DNA of 64,000 nt. Origin: an uncultured Nitrospiraceae bacterium (lineage in GTDB: Bacteria > Nitrospirota > Nitrospiria > Nitrospirales > Nitrospiraceae). The notes below the pieces were generated by a model. It was given only the letters and a program-made list of their open reading frames with translations, made no database searches and was not told the DNA's origin. The stretch's first letter is position 1. Each line of letters starts with the position of its first letter. The translations under genes and the position numbers were made by a program. Shown in pieces: positions 31,801 to 41,376 of this stretch. The DNA lies in assembly GCA_963706325.1 (NCBI GenBank), contig CAVPLT010000001.1, positions 256,001 through 320,000 of the forward strand. The letters run 5' to 3'.

Positions 31801-32562
31801 TTATGACGAGGTCGCCTGTTTCCATCCCAAACTCGCAAGGACACCTTCGACTGTTTCCTGCACCATCGTGTTTTCGTCTTCCAGGAGTGGGAGCAACGGC
31901 TCGATCGCCTGCTTCGCGCCGAGCCGGGCCAATGATTCTGCCGCGTTCCGCCGCACGAGCCAATCTTCGTCCTGAAGCGACTGGATCAAGGCATCGGCGC
32001 TGCGCAGATCGCCGATCTTTCCGAGCGCTTCCGCCGCATGACGCCGCACCATCCAATTGGTGCCCAGCAACCCGCCGATCAAGGCATCGACCGCCCGCGT
32101 ATCGCCGATCTTTTTTAAGACGCGCGCCACGTCTTCTCGCACCGTACCGTCGGTCAGCGCCTCGATCAATCCGGGCGTTGCGCTGGAGTCTCCGATTCGT
32201 TCCAGGGCCCACACCGCCGCTGTCCTGACCGCTCCATCCTTGTCTTTCAAGGCCCCCATGAGAGGTTCCACCGCCCGGACCTCTCGGAAACGCCCTAGCA
32301 CGTTCGCCGCTTGTTCACGAATCGCCCATTCATCGTCATGCAACGCATCCAGCAGTTGATCGAAGGCAACTGGGCCGATGCGCACGACGGCAGTTGCGGC
32401 GGCTTCGCGGATCACCACGTCCTCATCTGCCATCAAGCCGATCAGTTGGGGAATGGCCTCGTGGCCCATTTGCCCGAGACTGGCCATCGCATGCTCGCGT
32501 AATGCATCGTTATCGTCCCGAAGCGCTGCTATCAGCTGTGCGATACGTTCGGCATCACTCAT
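31801..32562 (-). CDS. HEAT/PBS-lyase-like repeat protein
   Basis: Repeated DW.VR..AA.ALG.IGD.RAV..L. Start MSDAERI overlaps the upstream stop. Confidence 0.9.
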   Translation of the reverse strand: MSDAERIAQLIAALRDDNDALREHAMASLGQMGHEAIPQLIGLMADEDVVIREAAATAVVRIGPVAFDQLLDALHDDEWAIREQAANVLGRFREVRAVEPLMGALKDKDGAVRTAAVWALERIGDSSATPGLIEALTDGTVREDVARVLKKIGDTRAVDALIGGLLGTNWMVRRHAAEALGKIGDLRSADALIQSLQDEDWLVRRNAAESLARLGAKQAIEPLLPLLEDENTMVQETVEGVLASLGWKQATSS

Positions 32563-33655
32563 GATCGTCCGATTCCTCCTGTCCGACCGGTTGTGCATCC
32601 TCGAGCGCAGCCAGCTTGTCCGCGATGAGTCCGGCACTATAGGACACGATCCCATCCCGGTCACCGCGCAAGCGGATGAACAACTCATTGTGCGGACGCA
32701 ACACTTCCACGTCTTTGATTTTGGCCAAGGCCTCGATCGCCATCACCCGCAACGGCCTGATCGGGATGGCCTCGATGTATAACTGCGCGGGGCGCGGATC
32801 ACCGATAAGGCCAAGCGACTTGACGGCGTATTCTTTGACGCCCGTATCCTTGTCCACCTGGAGCCGTTTCATCAGCGGCTCAACTGCGCGCACGTCTCCG
32901 ATTTTCCCCAGCAAATCCGCCGCGGCTTCGCGCACCACCCAATCATCATCCTCAAGATACTCGATTAAAATTTCGACGCTCGGACGCCCGACGCCGAGCA
33001 GATCCATCACAGTGGACATGCGGGCTTCTTCCCGTTCACTTGCGCCTTCGATATCCCGCAAGGCGTCGAAGCTCGTATCAAGCCGCTCACGAATCGCACC
33101 GAGCTTTTTGAGTGTCCGTACCGCAATGTCGCGGACCGCCGGGGACCCCATCGCATCGATCAATCCGTCCACTGAACGCGGATCGAGCAAATGCTCGAGA
33201 ATCGCCGCGGCCGTCGTCTGGGCTTCGACCTCAGGGTGGGTCAACATCTCACAGAGCGGGGTAATCGCATTCGGTATCAAGCCCAGAAGTTGGCGCACGC
33301 GGCTTCGCACATCCTCATCCGGCGATTCGTGAAGGTTCCGCACGAGACCCGCCGCCGTTTCGTCATCCAGATTGCCGGCCATCTGCTCGATCGCGGCAAA
33401 CGCAGCCTGTCGAACCGTCTCCTCGGGATCCCGAAGCAAACCGACCAGTGACAGTCCCGCTGCGGGGTCTTTGATCCGGGACAACATCCCGGCTGCTTCC
33501 ACGCGAAGCGGCGCATCACCCGTCGCCAAGGCTTGTGTGAGGGCGCGCACCGCACGGGGACCACCGGCCAAACAGGCAGCCGTGGCCCGCATACGCCGCC
33601 ACTCCTCTTCGTGGGTCAACTCCGAGACCAACGTATCAATAGATTCTTTGGGCAT
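32555..33655 (-). CDS. HEAT repeat protein
   Basis: DDWVVREAAADLLGKIGDVRAVEPL and related repeats. Confidence 0.9.
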   Translation of the reverse strand: MPKESIDTLVSELTHEEEWRRMRATAACLAGGPRAVRALTQALATGDAPLRVEAAGMLSRIKDPAAGLSLVGLLRDPEETVRQAAFAAIEQMAGNLDDETAAGLVRNLHESPDEDVRSRVRQLLGLIPNAITPLCEMLTHPEVEAQTTAAAILEHLLDPRSVDGLIDAMGSPAVRDIAVRTLKKLGAIRERLDTSFDALRDIEGASEREEARMSTVMDLLGVGRPSVEILIEYLEDDDWVVREAAADLLGKIGDVRAVEPLMKRLQVDKDTGVKEYAVKSLGLIGDPRPAQLYIEAIPIRPLRVMAIEALAKIKDVEVLRPHNELFIRLRGDRDGIVSYSAGLIADKLAALEDAQPVGQEESDDHE

Positions 33656-33758
33656 CTTATGAGAAGGAACTAGGACAATGAATTAATCGGTAGAGCACCG
33701 CTGCACCTGCCGCGAGAACATTCCAGAACCCAGACCCAATGTACCGACTGACCAATTG

Positions 33759-34841
33759 TCACATCCGCCCCGGACGCCAACCCACGGCGGTCAATGCCTC
33801 CCGAACATAGTAGCGAATATTCTCGTCTTGCTCTTTCGCCAGCATCGGCAGCAGTGACGGAATAATCGCGGGTCCAAACTTTTCCAAGGCCGCAGAAGCC
33901 TCCGAACGAGTGACCGGATTCTGTAAGGCCACAATCAGTGACGGAATCGCGACCCCATCGCCAATCATCCCTAACGCGCGAGCCGCCATTCCCATGGTCG
34001 CCATCTCGTCGGTCCATCCATCGGCACAAGCCGCTGTCGACTGGCTCGGTTTTCCCAGCGGGGCCCCCTCTACGACTTTTCGCAAAAGAGGTACGGCGCG
34101 ACGGTCACCGATATGACCCAGCGCCTCCACCGCAATCAGGCGTAACGTTGGCTCCTTCATCACCAACACTAAATAGTCCACTGCCCTGGCATCCCCGATG
34201 GCCCCGAGGGCCCGCACGACATCCTCCCGGATAGCCGAATCCCGATCGTTAAACAACGCCTGGAGCAATGGCTCCACGGCATCAGAGGAATTCAGCTTTC
34301 CGAGCGCTTCCACCGCATGGAGGCGAACCAACCATTCTTCATGCTGCAGCGCCTGAATCAGCGCAAGCACGGCAACGCCACCAATGGCGGCCAGGGCGCC
34401 GGACACCTCCTCACGAACCGCTTTGACCTTATCCTGTAGCAACGGCATCAAGACCGGCACAGCCTCTGGATCGCCGATCCTGCCTAACGCCTTTGCAGCA
34501 TGCATGCGCACAATCCAATCACGACTGCTCAACGCGGCGACCAGAGGCGCAAATACCCGAGCATCCGCAAGCGACGCCAAAATGGCCGAGGCTGCCTCTT
34601 GCACATGCAGCGCAGGATCCCCCAGACAGGTGGCCAAGGCCGGCACCGACGGCTCGCCGATTGAGGAGAGCGCTCCAATTGCCGCCTCACGAACGGCGCG
34701 ATCAGTATCGTGAAGCGCCCTCGTCAGTGGCATGACCGCGCGAGGATCCTTGAACGATCCCAGCATGGCCGCGGCCTCTTCACGGACCGCCCAGTCCTCA
34801 TCTGAAAGAGCCGCGATCTGTTCACTGACGGTATCGGCCAT
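33759..34841 (-). CDS. HEAT repeat protein
   Basis: About 10 tandem repeats, e.g. DWIVRMHAAKALGRIGDPEAV. Confidence 0.9.
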   Translation of the reverse strand: MADTVSEQIAALSDEDWAVREEAAAMLGSFKDPRAVMPLTRALHDTDRAVREAAIGALSSIGEPSVPALATCLGDPALHVQEAASAILASLADARVFAPLVAALSSRDWIVRMHAAKALGRIGDPEAVPVLMPLLQDKVKAVREEVSGALAAIGGVAVLALIQALQHEEWLVRLHAVEALGKLNSSDAVEPLLQALFNDRDSAIREDVVRALGAIGDARAVDYLVLVMKEPTLRLIAVEALGHIGDRRAVPLLRKVVEGAPLGKPSQSTAACADGWTDEMATMGMAARALGMIGDGVAIPSLIVALQNPVTRSEASAALEKFGPAIIPSLLPMLAKEQDENIRYYVREALTAVGWRPGRM

Positions 34842-34869
34842 GGTTCCTCGGCCTCGCGTGAAGCTCCCG

Positions 34870-34899
34870 ACCTTAACACAGGTTTTTTTCGAGGGTCAA
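34870..34899 (-). promoter_or_regulatory. Possible internal promoter for the last four HEAT genes
   Basis: Minus strand TTGACC-18 nt-TAAGGT. Confidence 0.4.
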
Positions 34900-35022
34900 C
34901 GCAGGGTCGGTCTTACGACCAGGCATCAAAACCTCCCTGCAGAGCTGGTCAAAACAGGAGGGAATGGACGCAGAAACTCTTGAGACACGCCTCAAGGACT
35001 GAGCCGGAAAGAGAAGCGATGG

Positions 35023-36393
35023 TTATCGCACCGAGCCTTTTGCCAAATCTCCGCTCGGACCGAATCGCCCGATATCACCCAACGGACGATCGACACGAAG
35101 ATTGTCAGCCTGACTGGAGTCCACCGATGTTTCATCGTCCGGAGGCATCCATCCAAGGTGTTCCAACGTTTCCACCACCAGCAAGCGCAGTGAATCTTTT
35201 GCCGTCAGCCGGACGGAGGCGTAGGAAAGGACGCGCTCGCCTTCCGCTTCAACTTCCGAGGCCTTGGGATCGTAGAGAAAGGAGATGAGTGGCTCGATCG
35301 CCGAATCACCGATCAACACCAGCGCCGCGGCAGCCTTCTCCCGTAAGACACCGTCCTTTAAGAGCATGATGAGATCAGGAATGACGCGCGGTTGTCGAAA
35401 ATGACCGAGCGCGGTCGCTGCGGCTTCTCTAATAAACGCATCTTCACTCACAATGCAGCCAGGAGTAGGAGTCCCCTCTTGGCGAACGCCTTTCCCCTTA
35501 AGCGCAGCCAAGACCGCAGGCAGGGCTCGAGAATCGCCGATCATGCCCAACGACGCGATGGCATGCCGCTTGACGGCACCATCTTTCATGGCTTCCAGAA
35601 GTCCATCAATGGCGCGGGGATCACCAATCATGCCCAGTGCAATCGTGGCATCTTCACGCACCGCACGATCCGGATCTTTCAGCGCTTCGATCAAGGCGTC
35701 AACGACCCTCGGTTCACGCGCCCAGCTCCGGCCGATCTGATAGTCCGTGGTCATGCCCCCCAATGCTCGGGCCGCATGACAACGCACGACGAAATCTTTG
35801 TCCTTCAGGGTTTCGATCAGCAGATCGATGGATGGCTGACCTATGGCCACCAGGGCAATGCCCGCCGTTTCACGGACGATTTTTGAGGAATCTCGAAACA
35901 GCTTCAGTAACGCAGGAATCGCTTTGGGGTCGCCGATTTTCCCAAGCGCCTCCGCGGCGGCACTTTTCACAGCTCCATCGCGATCTCGGCAGGCAAACAT
36001 CAAGGCATCGACGGCGCGTCGATTGCGCAGATCACCGCAGGCTTTGGCCGCATGTTCTCGCACCCGCCATCGCTCATCCTTCATGGCCACCAGGAGACGA
36101 TCAACCTGCCCTTCACCCAAAAACACGACAGCCGCGACGGCTTCATTACGAACTTCCATAATGGGATCGTTGAAGAGCGCGATGAGAGCCTCCGCCGCCT
36201 TGGCACCGCCGATCTTGGCGACGCCCCACCCGGCGCGAGTCCGCACCGACCAATACTCATCACCGCAGGCGGTAATAAGCGCCTCCAACGTGGTCGGATC
36301 CGCTAAATCTGCGAGGGCTTTTGCCGCCTCCTCACGGGTGGCGTCGTCAGCATCTTCAAGGGAATCGAGAAGATCATCGAGTGCTTGTGCCAT
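35023..36393 (-). CDS. HEAT repeat protein
   Basis: Tandem repeats, e.g. RWRVREHAAKACGDL and AVREDATIALGMIGDPRA. Confidence 0.9.
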   Translation of the reverse strand: MAQALDDLLDSLEDADDATREEAAKALADLADPTTLEALITACGDEYWSVRTRAGWGVAKIGGAKAAEALIALFNDPIMEVRNEAVAAVVFLGEGQVDRLLVAMKDERWRVREHAAKACGDLRNRRAVDALMFACRDRDGAVKSAAAEALGKIGDPKAIPALLKLFRDSSKIVRETAGIALVAIGQPSIDLLIETLKDKDFVVRCHAARALGGMTTDYQIGRSWAREPRVVDALIEALKDPDRAVREDATIALGMIGDPRAIDGLLEAMKDGAVKRHAIASLGMIGDSRALPAVLAALKGKGVRQEGTPTPGCIVSEDAFIREAAATALGHFRQPRVIPDLIMLLKDGVLREKAAAALVLIGDSAIEPLISFLYDPKASEVEAEGERVLSYASVRLTAKDSLRLLVVETLEHLGWMPPDDETSVDSSQADNLRVDRPLGDIGRFGPSGDLAKGSVR

Positions 36394-36865
36394 CACTCAC
36401 CTCACTATTACCGTAGTAGGCATCACGTTGACCGCTATGAGGATAGGTGCGCTTGCACCGTACCACCAGAGTCTGAGTCCCGCGGCCCTCCACACATTGA
36501 TCGAGTGACTTGGAATATTCCAATCGTCCGTCCAAACTGACCGTAAAGGGGAAATCGAATGTAAAACTAATGAACTTGTATTGCCCAGGTTTGAGCTTCA
36601 ACTCGTGCGTCTCAGTCGTCCGATAGGCATCGGAGGTCTCAGGGTCCAGCACCCAGAGGGGCGGCGTCACCCCCGGTACTTGCCACCAAGACTGCGGCAC
36701 AAGGGGAGTCGGATCGATTGTGATTGCATGTTCCTTGCTGTGGGCGGGCGGAGGGCCGGCAGCCAAAAGTTGCGGAGGCCCCACCAACACCACTGCGCAC
36801 GGCAGCGCCAGGCTCCAATGGAAGGCCCACCGCCTGATGAACCCTCTCTGAGACGATAAATACAT
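36374..36865 (-). CDS. Exported hypothetical protein
   Basis: Signal-peptide-like N-terminus, beta-rich mature part with two Cys. Tightly coupled to both neighbours. Confidence 0.7.
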   Translation of the reverse strand: MYLSSQRGFIRRWAFHWSLALPCAVVLVGPPQLLAAGPPPAHSKEHAITIDPTPLVPQSWWQVPGVTPPLWVLDPETSDAYRTTETHELKLKPGQYKFISFTFDFPFTVSLDGRLEYSKSLDQCVEGRGTQTLVVRCKRTYPHSGQRDAYYGNSEVSDGTSTR

Positions 36866-36871
36866 GAGCCT

Positions 36872-37933
36872 CTATTGCAGGAGCGGACTCGTGGGAGCAG
36901 CCGTAAACGCCGTTTTGAAAATTTCTTCGACCGGCTGGCTCTCCCATTCCATATAGGTGGTAAGTCCCAGCGCGCGCATCACAGTCGCGCCCGTGTCGAG
37001 AATCGACACCGGTTGACGAATCATATGTCCGGCCTTAATGCCGACGCCTGAGGCGATCCAGGGAACCAGCGGCACATTGGTGGCTTGTTCAGCAGGCACG
37101 TCACCGGCCGAGAATTGCGTCTCACCGACGGCGCTCAACGACGTGGCGAAGACAGTGGTCCGCTTGATCAGGCCAAGGTCACGGTAGAGATCCAGCACCG
37201 CCCCCATGGCCTTGTCCACTGCCTTCAGCGCATCTTTGTAGGCGGCTGATTTCCATCCCTGCGCTTCACCGACACGTCCGGGGGCAGGCAAGTGAACGAC
37301 CAGGAAATGCGGCAATGCCGGAATTGCATGGCCATAACCGGATCCGCTTGTCGCCTTCTTGAAATAATCACGCACGTATCCCACCAAGCGGTCGGGGCTG
37401 CACTCGGCCCGGAGGGGGCCGCACATCTGATAGTCAGTATAGGGCTCAGGTTTGGCGAGCTGATACAGCGACTCATCCATGTAAAAGATGGCGCTGTCCC
37501 GGCCGCCGCTGAGGTCAAGATAATCAAAGACCGTCGGCGCCCGGGGATAGCCTCGACTGAATTCAAAGATGTTCCAGGTAATACCATGTTTCGCGACCGG
37601 CATTCCTGTCACCAGCGACGCCATGGTGGGTAGCCGGCGCGCAGGCGCAACGGCCGTCGCAGACCAGGTCACAGACCCATCTTTAACGAGCGATGAGAGG
37701 ACCGGCATGGACCCGGTTTTCAACGACTCCTGGCCCAGGCCTTCCAGCACGAAAAGGACGACATATTCCGTCGTCGCTCCCGAAGAAGAGGGGGAAACGG
37801 CTGAGGCATCCCGGGCCGCGTGGGCCAGGGATTGGAATTGCGATTGAAACGAGGCTGCAACAAGCAACAAACCTACAGCGACGGCCGCGCTCAAGGTGAA
37901 ATTAACCCTAGAAATACTGCTGATACGGTTCAT
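36872..37933 (-). CDS. Alkaline phosphatase / nucleotide pyrophosphatase superfamily protein, exported, catalytic motifs degenerate
   Basis: Fold landmarks YVVLFVLEG, P..ASLVTG..V.KHGI, VD..MG, VPWIASG.GIK, S..D.GAT....LG. Confidence 0.75.
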   Translation of the reverse strand: MNRISSISRVNFTLSAAVAVGLLLVAASFQSQFQSLAHAARDASAVSPSSSGATTEYVVLFVLEGLGQESLKTGSMPVLSSLVKDGSVTWSATAVAPARRLPTMASLVTGMPVAKHGITWNIFEFSRGYPRAPTVFDYLDLSGGRDSAIFYMDESLYQLAKPEPYTDYQMCGPLRAECSPDRLVGYVRDYFKKATSGSGYGHAIPALPHFLVVHLPAPGRVGEAQGWKSAAYKDALKAVDKAMGAVLDLYRDLGLIKRTTVFATSLSAVGETQFSAGDVPAEQATNVPLVPWIASGVGIKAGHMIRQPVSILDTGATVMRALGLTTYMEWESQPVEEIFKTAFTAAPTSPLLQ

Positions 37934-38107
37934 AACCGGCCTCACCATGAGATCCTTCACCAAGCAAAGAGCAAGTACCTTAGCATGCAGTTTTCCGGGA
38001 AGGCAAGGCGCGAACCCTGCGTGCAATGGCGTCTCCACGGCATCGATGTTATTCTGACGGAGTCGGCACACTTTCAACCCCTACCCGCGATTTGCATGGG
38101 TGAGGCG

Positions 38108-39391
38108 ATGCTCCCAGACAGTGGTCGCAGAGAGGCGCGATTCATTTCTTTCACGTCCTGGCGGGAAACAAACGTCCGCTCGCTTGGTGTGTGGTGCATG
38201 CTCACCCTAGGCCTTGCGCTTGGCTGTCCCGAATCGGGCCGCGCCGAGGTTCGTATTGTGACCGGGATGGGCGATCATCGGATCAGCGATCGAGAAACCA
38301 AAGCCGATGCCGTCCGGCTCGCTACGGAGGAGGCGAAAAAGCAGGCGTTAGAACAGGTCGCATCCTATCTGGAGAGCGTCACAGTGGTACGCGATCTTGA
38401 CGTCACCCAGGATGAAATCCGCAGTTACACGGCTGGCATAGTGTTGGTGCTTGATCAACGGGTGAAGACGGAACTCGATGGAGATTTCGTGACAATACGC
38501 GTTGAGTTGACGGCACAAGTAGACACCGACGAGGTCGCACAGGCCATTGCCGCATTGAAACAAAACGAAAACGCGCGCGAACAGTTGCTCGCCCTGAGAC
38601 AAGATGCGGAGCAGCTGCACCAGGAACTCGAGGCAGCCAACAAAGCCCTGGCCGCAGCCACGTCCTCTAAACAGGTGCAGCAACTGAGTCATGAGCGGAA
38701 CGAGCTGCTCAACCGCGCGGAGTCCGATGCGGTGGTGGCACAGGCTTGGACCGATTGGGTCTTGGTCGCTCCGTTCATACAGCCTTACCCGGCCGGAGGC
38801 CTCGCACAGGTGCAGGCACTACTTGCCCTCGCGAGCCGCCTCAGTCCCAACAATCCTCACCTGGCCGTAGCGCAGCAGACCGTAGGAGCCAAATCACCAC
38901 CCGCACCGCCTCAACCGCAGCGGCCGCCTGTTCCTCATACCGTTCCGTTTCTGCCGGGCTATTACGTCGTGCCGCAGCAGCCTGGCCAGCCAAGCGCAAT
39001 CCCGCCGGTAAATTCTCGGCAGCTTTCAAACGCCCATCAGCTGAATCCCCTTCTACCCAACCCTTCGGAACGACCGCCGCAGGCCGGCAGTACGCCGACA
39101 ATCCTCCAAGTGCCTGCTCAGCCGGGTACCTCTCTGCCGCAACCAGGCCGCGGTACGATGCCGACCTATCGACAAGTCCCGCCGCTAAATGGCCAACCGA
39201 CTCCGCGAACGTTGCATACCCATCAATCAGGAAGCGACGGAGATTCGCCGTCTACTCCGCAACCGCCCAGTGTCGCACCTCGGGGGATCCCCCCTGCAAT
39301 CATCTACAAGGTTCCGCAGAACGCGGTGACGGTCCCGCCAGCACCTTCGCAAAGCGTCCCCAATAGCGGGAGCAATCAGGGAGGAAGGTAA
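38108..39391 (+). CDS. Exported protein with coiled coil and Pro/Gln-rich C-terminal tail
   Basis: Signal-like segment; A...A...AK..ALEQ motif (LPP20/FlgT-N-like); long PQ-rich tail. Confidence 0.65.
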   Translation: MLPDSGRREARFISFTSWRETNVRSLGVWCMLTLGLALGCPESGRAEVRIVTGMGDHRISDRETKADAVRLATEEAKKQALEQVASYLESVTVVRDLDVTQDEIRSYTAGIVLVLDQRVKTELDGDFVTIRVELTAQVDTDEVAQAIAALKQNENAREQLLALRQDAEQLHQELEAANKALAAATSSKQVQQLSHERNELLNRAESDAVVAQAWTDWVLVAPFIQPYPAGGLAQVQALLALASRLSPNNPHLAVAQQTVGAKSPPAPPQPQRPPVPHTVPFLPGYYVVPQQPGQPSAIPPVNSRQLSNAHQLNPLLPNPSERPPQAGSTPTILQVPAQPGTSLPQPGRGTMPTYRQVPPLNGQPTPRTLHTHQSGSDGDSPSTPQPPSVAPRGIPPAIIYKVPQNAVTVPPAPSQSVPNSGSNQGGR

Positions 39392-39393
39392 TC

Positions 39394-39955
39394 ATGTCGA
39401 CGAATTCGCGCCAACGCTCAAGCAGGATGGTGGCTTCTATGTGCGCTGCTCATGACACGACCAGTGCTGGCAGCGGACTTGGGCACACCTGAGGTGCGCG
39501 ACCATGCTGACCAGACGTTCGAACGGTTTCACCAGCGGGAACAGCGAACCGCATCGGAGATTCCGAATCGTCCTCAGCAAGACCAGGCGCCTGTCTATAA
39601 CGCCGCACAGTTTTTAATCGGGCAGGGCCAAGGGGATCTCAGCAAAGGGAAACTGGTCTGTCAGCGCGTTTCCGAGCTGGCCGCCCGGGCCGACATTGCC
39701 AAACAAATTAGAGTGCTGGTGAAGGAACATGCTACCGACCGGGTACGCGAACGAACGGGCCGAGAAGCCGAACAAGACATCGAAGTGGTGCGCGAAGAGA
39801 TCGTTCAAGAATATCTGCAAGGGGTGAACATCATCGATCGCCGCGCCGACGAGGAAACGAAAACCTGTTCGGCCACGGCGGTCATGCCAAGAAACCAACT
39901 GTCCCCGACCGTCTCGCTGCAATCATCCCCGCCCGATTCCGCCGCCCACCGCTAA
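39394..39955 (+). CDS. LPP20-like exported protein (ATG out of frame with the signal peptide)
   Basis: G.G.G...CQRVSELAARADIAKQI.V.V motif. The open frame extends upstream through RRIRANAQAGWWLLCALL. Confidence 0.55.
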
Positions 39956-40026
39956 ACACCTATGGAACCTCCGCGTCGCTCACTCCATTGAACTTCTCGC
40001 TCCGTTTCGGGTAAGACAGTCTTCCC

Positions 40027-41280
40027 ATGCCCATCGAAAACAATTTTCAGCACGACGAACTCTCGCGTAAAAATCCCGGTGATCGGCTCGCCTATGCCGA
40101 TTGGACGACGCCCCCTGATGCGGAGTCGCCTGCCTGGCGGGAGTCGATGGGCCACACCGGAGAGAAGCTGTCACAGGCTGGCGTGCGGCTGATCATGTTT
40201 CTGCATGGGGCGATCCCCGGCACCGATGTCTTCGGCTTAGGACGGCTCGATGAAGTTGGGGGTCTCAAACGAGGTTATTCACGCGGCATTTCCGGTTTGG
40301 ATTCGCTCCTCTCACTCATGCGAGAAGGCACGAACGGCATCACGCCGCTGCCGGGAGGCATGAAGCCGCCGCTGTCCAACGATGAGCCCACGAAGGCCCT
40401 GCTCGACGGTCAGATCGGCGACGCAGGCAATTTCACGACCGCCACGGTCGAACAATGTCGGAAAGCCTTGAACCAAAAGCTGACGAAACCCATTGCCTGC
40501 GTCCGGGAACTCTGGTCCAGCGAACATCATCATGTGGGTCGAGCCCTAGCCGCTTGTCGGTTATTGGACCGTCTGCGAACCCTTGTCGTCGAACAGCATC
40601 TGGGATCCGGCGATCGCATCCTGATCCAAGCCCATGGCCAGGCAGGACTCGTGCTCGCGCTCGCCTCCAATTTGCTCTGTCCCTCGCCGATCACGGCTCG
40701 AAAAGAGCTCTTCGAACTCCTGCTGGCCGCTCAGCCGCAGGGACCAGACGCTCAAGCGATTCACCGCATCGAGCCGCTGCTGACCAACGGCACCCTGCTC
40801 AACGGCGTCGCGCTCGATATCGTCACCCTCGGCACGCCCGTGCGGTATGGCTGGGACCCATCCGGCATCGGTAAGCTGCTCCACGTCGTCAACCACCGCA
40901 ATCTGCGCACCGACGGGAAAACCTGGCTCTCCAAAATGGATATGCCGCAAATCACCGTTGAAATGCCGATCGCCTGGGGTGGAGACTACGTACAGCAACT
41001 CGCCGCCGCCGGCAGCGATGCAATCCCGCCCGAGAATGCGAAAGCCGCGAATAAAGCTGTGTGGGAGTTACTGGAGCCTTACGATGGTTTCGAACGCTGG
41101 GTCGAGTGCGCCCGACGCGCAGGACGTTTCCCGAGCGAAGGCCAATGCCTGCTCGTTGACTATAAAGACTGCACCAGTTCGACCAATGTCCGCGATCACT
41201 ACTACGGCCATGCCGCCTACACGCGCACGAACGCGATGCTCTTCAACTTTAATCAGATCGTCGGCCGGCTGTATTCATAA
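40027..41280 (+). CDS. Hypothetical protein, alpha/beta-hydrolase-like without the nucleophile Ser
   Basis: MFLHG, IQAHGQAG, IVTLGTP, C-terminal HAAY. Confidence 0.6.
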   Translation: MPIENNFQHDELSRKNPGDRLAYADWTTPPDAESPAWRESMGHTGEKLSQAGVRLIMFLHGAIPGTDVFGLGRLDEVGGLKRGYSRGISGLDSLLSLMREGTNGITPLPGGMKPPLSNDEPTKALLDGQIGDAGNFTTATVEQCRKALNQKLTKPIACVRELWSSEHHHVGRALAACRLLDRLRTLVVEQHLGSGDRILIQAHGQAGLVLALASNLLCPSPITARKELFELLLAAQPQGPDAQAIHRIEPLLTNGTLLNGVALDIVTLGTPVRYGWDPSGIGKLLHVVNHRNLRTDGKTWLSKMDMPQITVEMPIAWGGDYVQQLAAAGSDAIPPENAKAANKAVWELLEPYDGFERWVECARRAGRFPSEGQCLLVDYKDCTSSTNVRDHYYGHAAYTRTNAMLFNFNQIVGRLYS

Positions 41281-41376
41281 GCCTGAACTCTGACCTCGCG
41301 GGAAGGTGGTTGCCAGCATCAATGCGAGCAAAATAACTCCATCTCGATTTGCCCATCTACTCAATCTATTCTGCTA

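Noticed and set aside
31070..36393. Phycobilin lyase function for the HEAT proteins, or a CRISPR-like DNA repeat array
   Set aside because: No phycobiliprotein genes in the window. The repeats are degenerate and protein-level, with no identical repeat-spacer pattern.
37820..38107. Long N-terminal extensions making the two divergent ORFs overlap
   Set aside because: Artefact of longest-ORF calling. Starts at 37933 (-) and about 38108 (+) remove the overlap.
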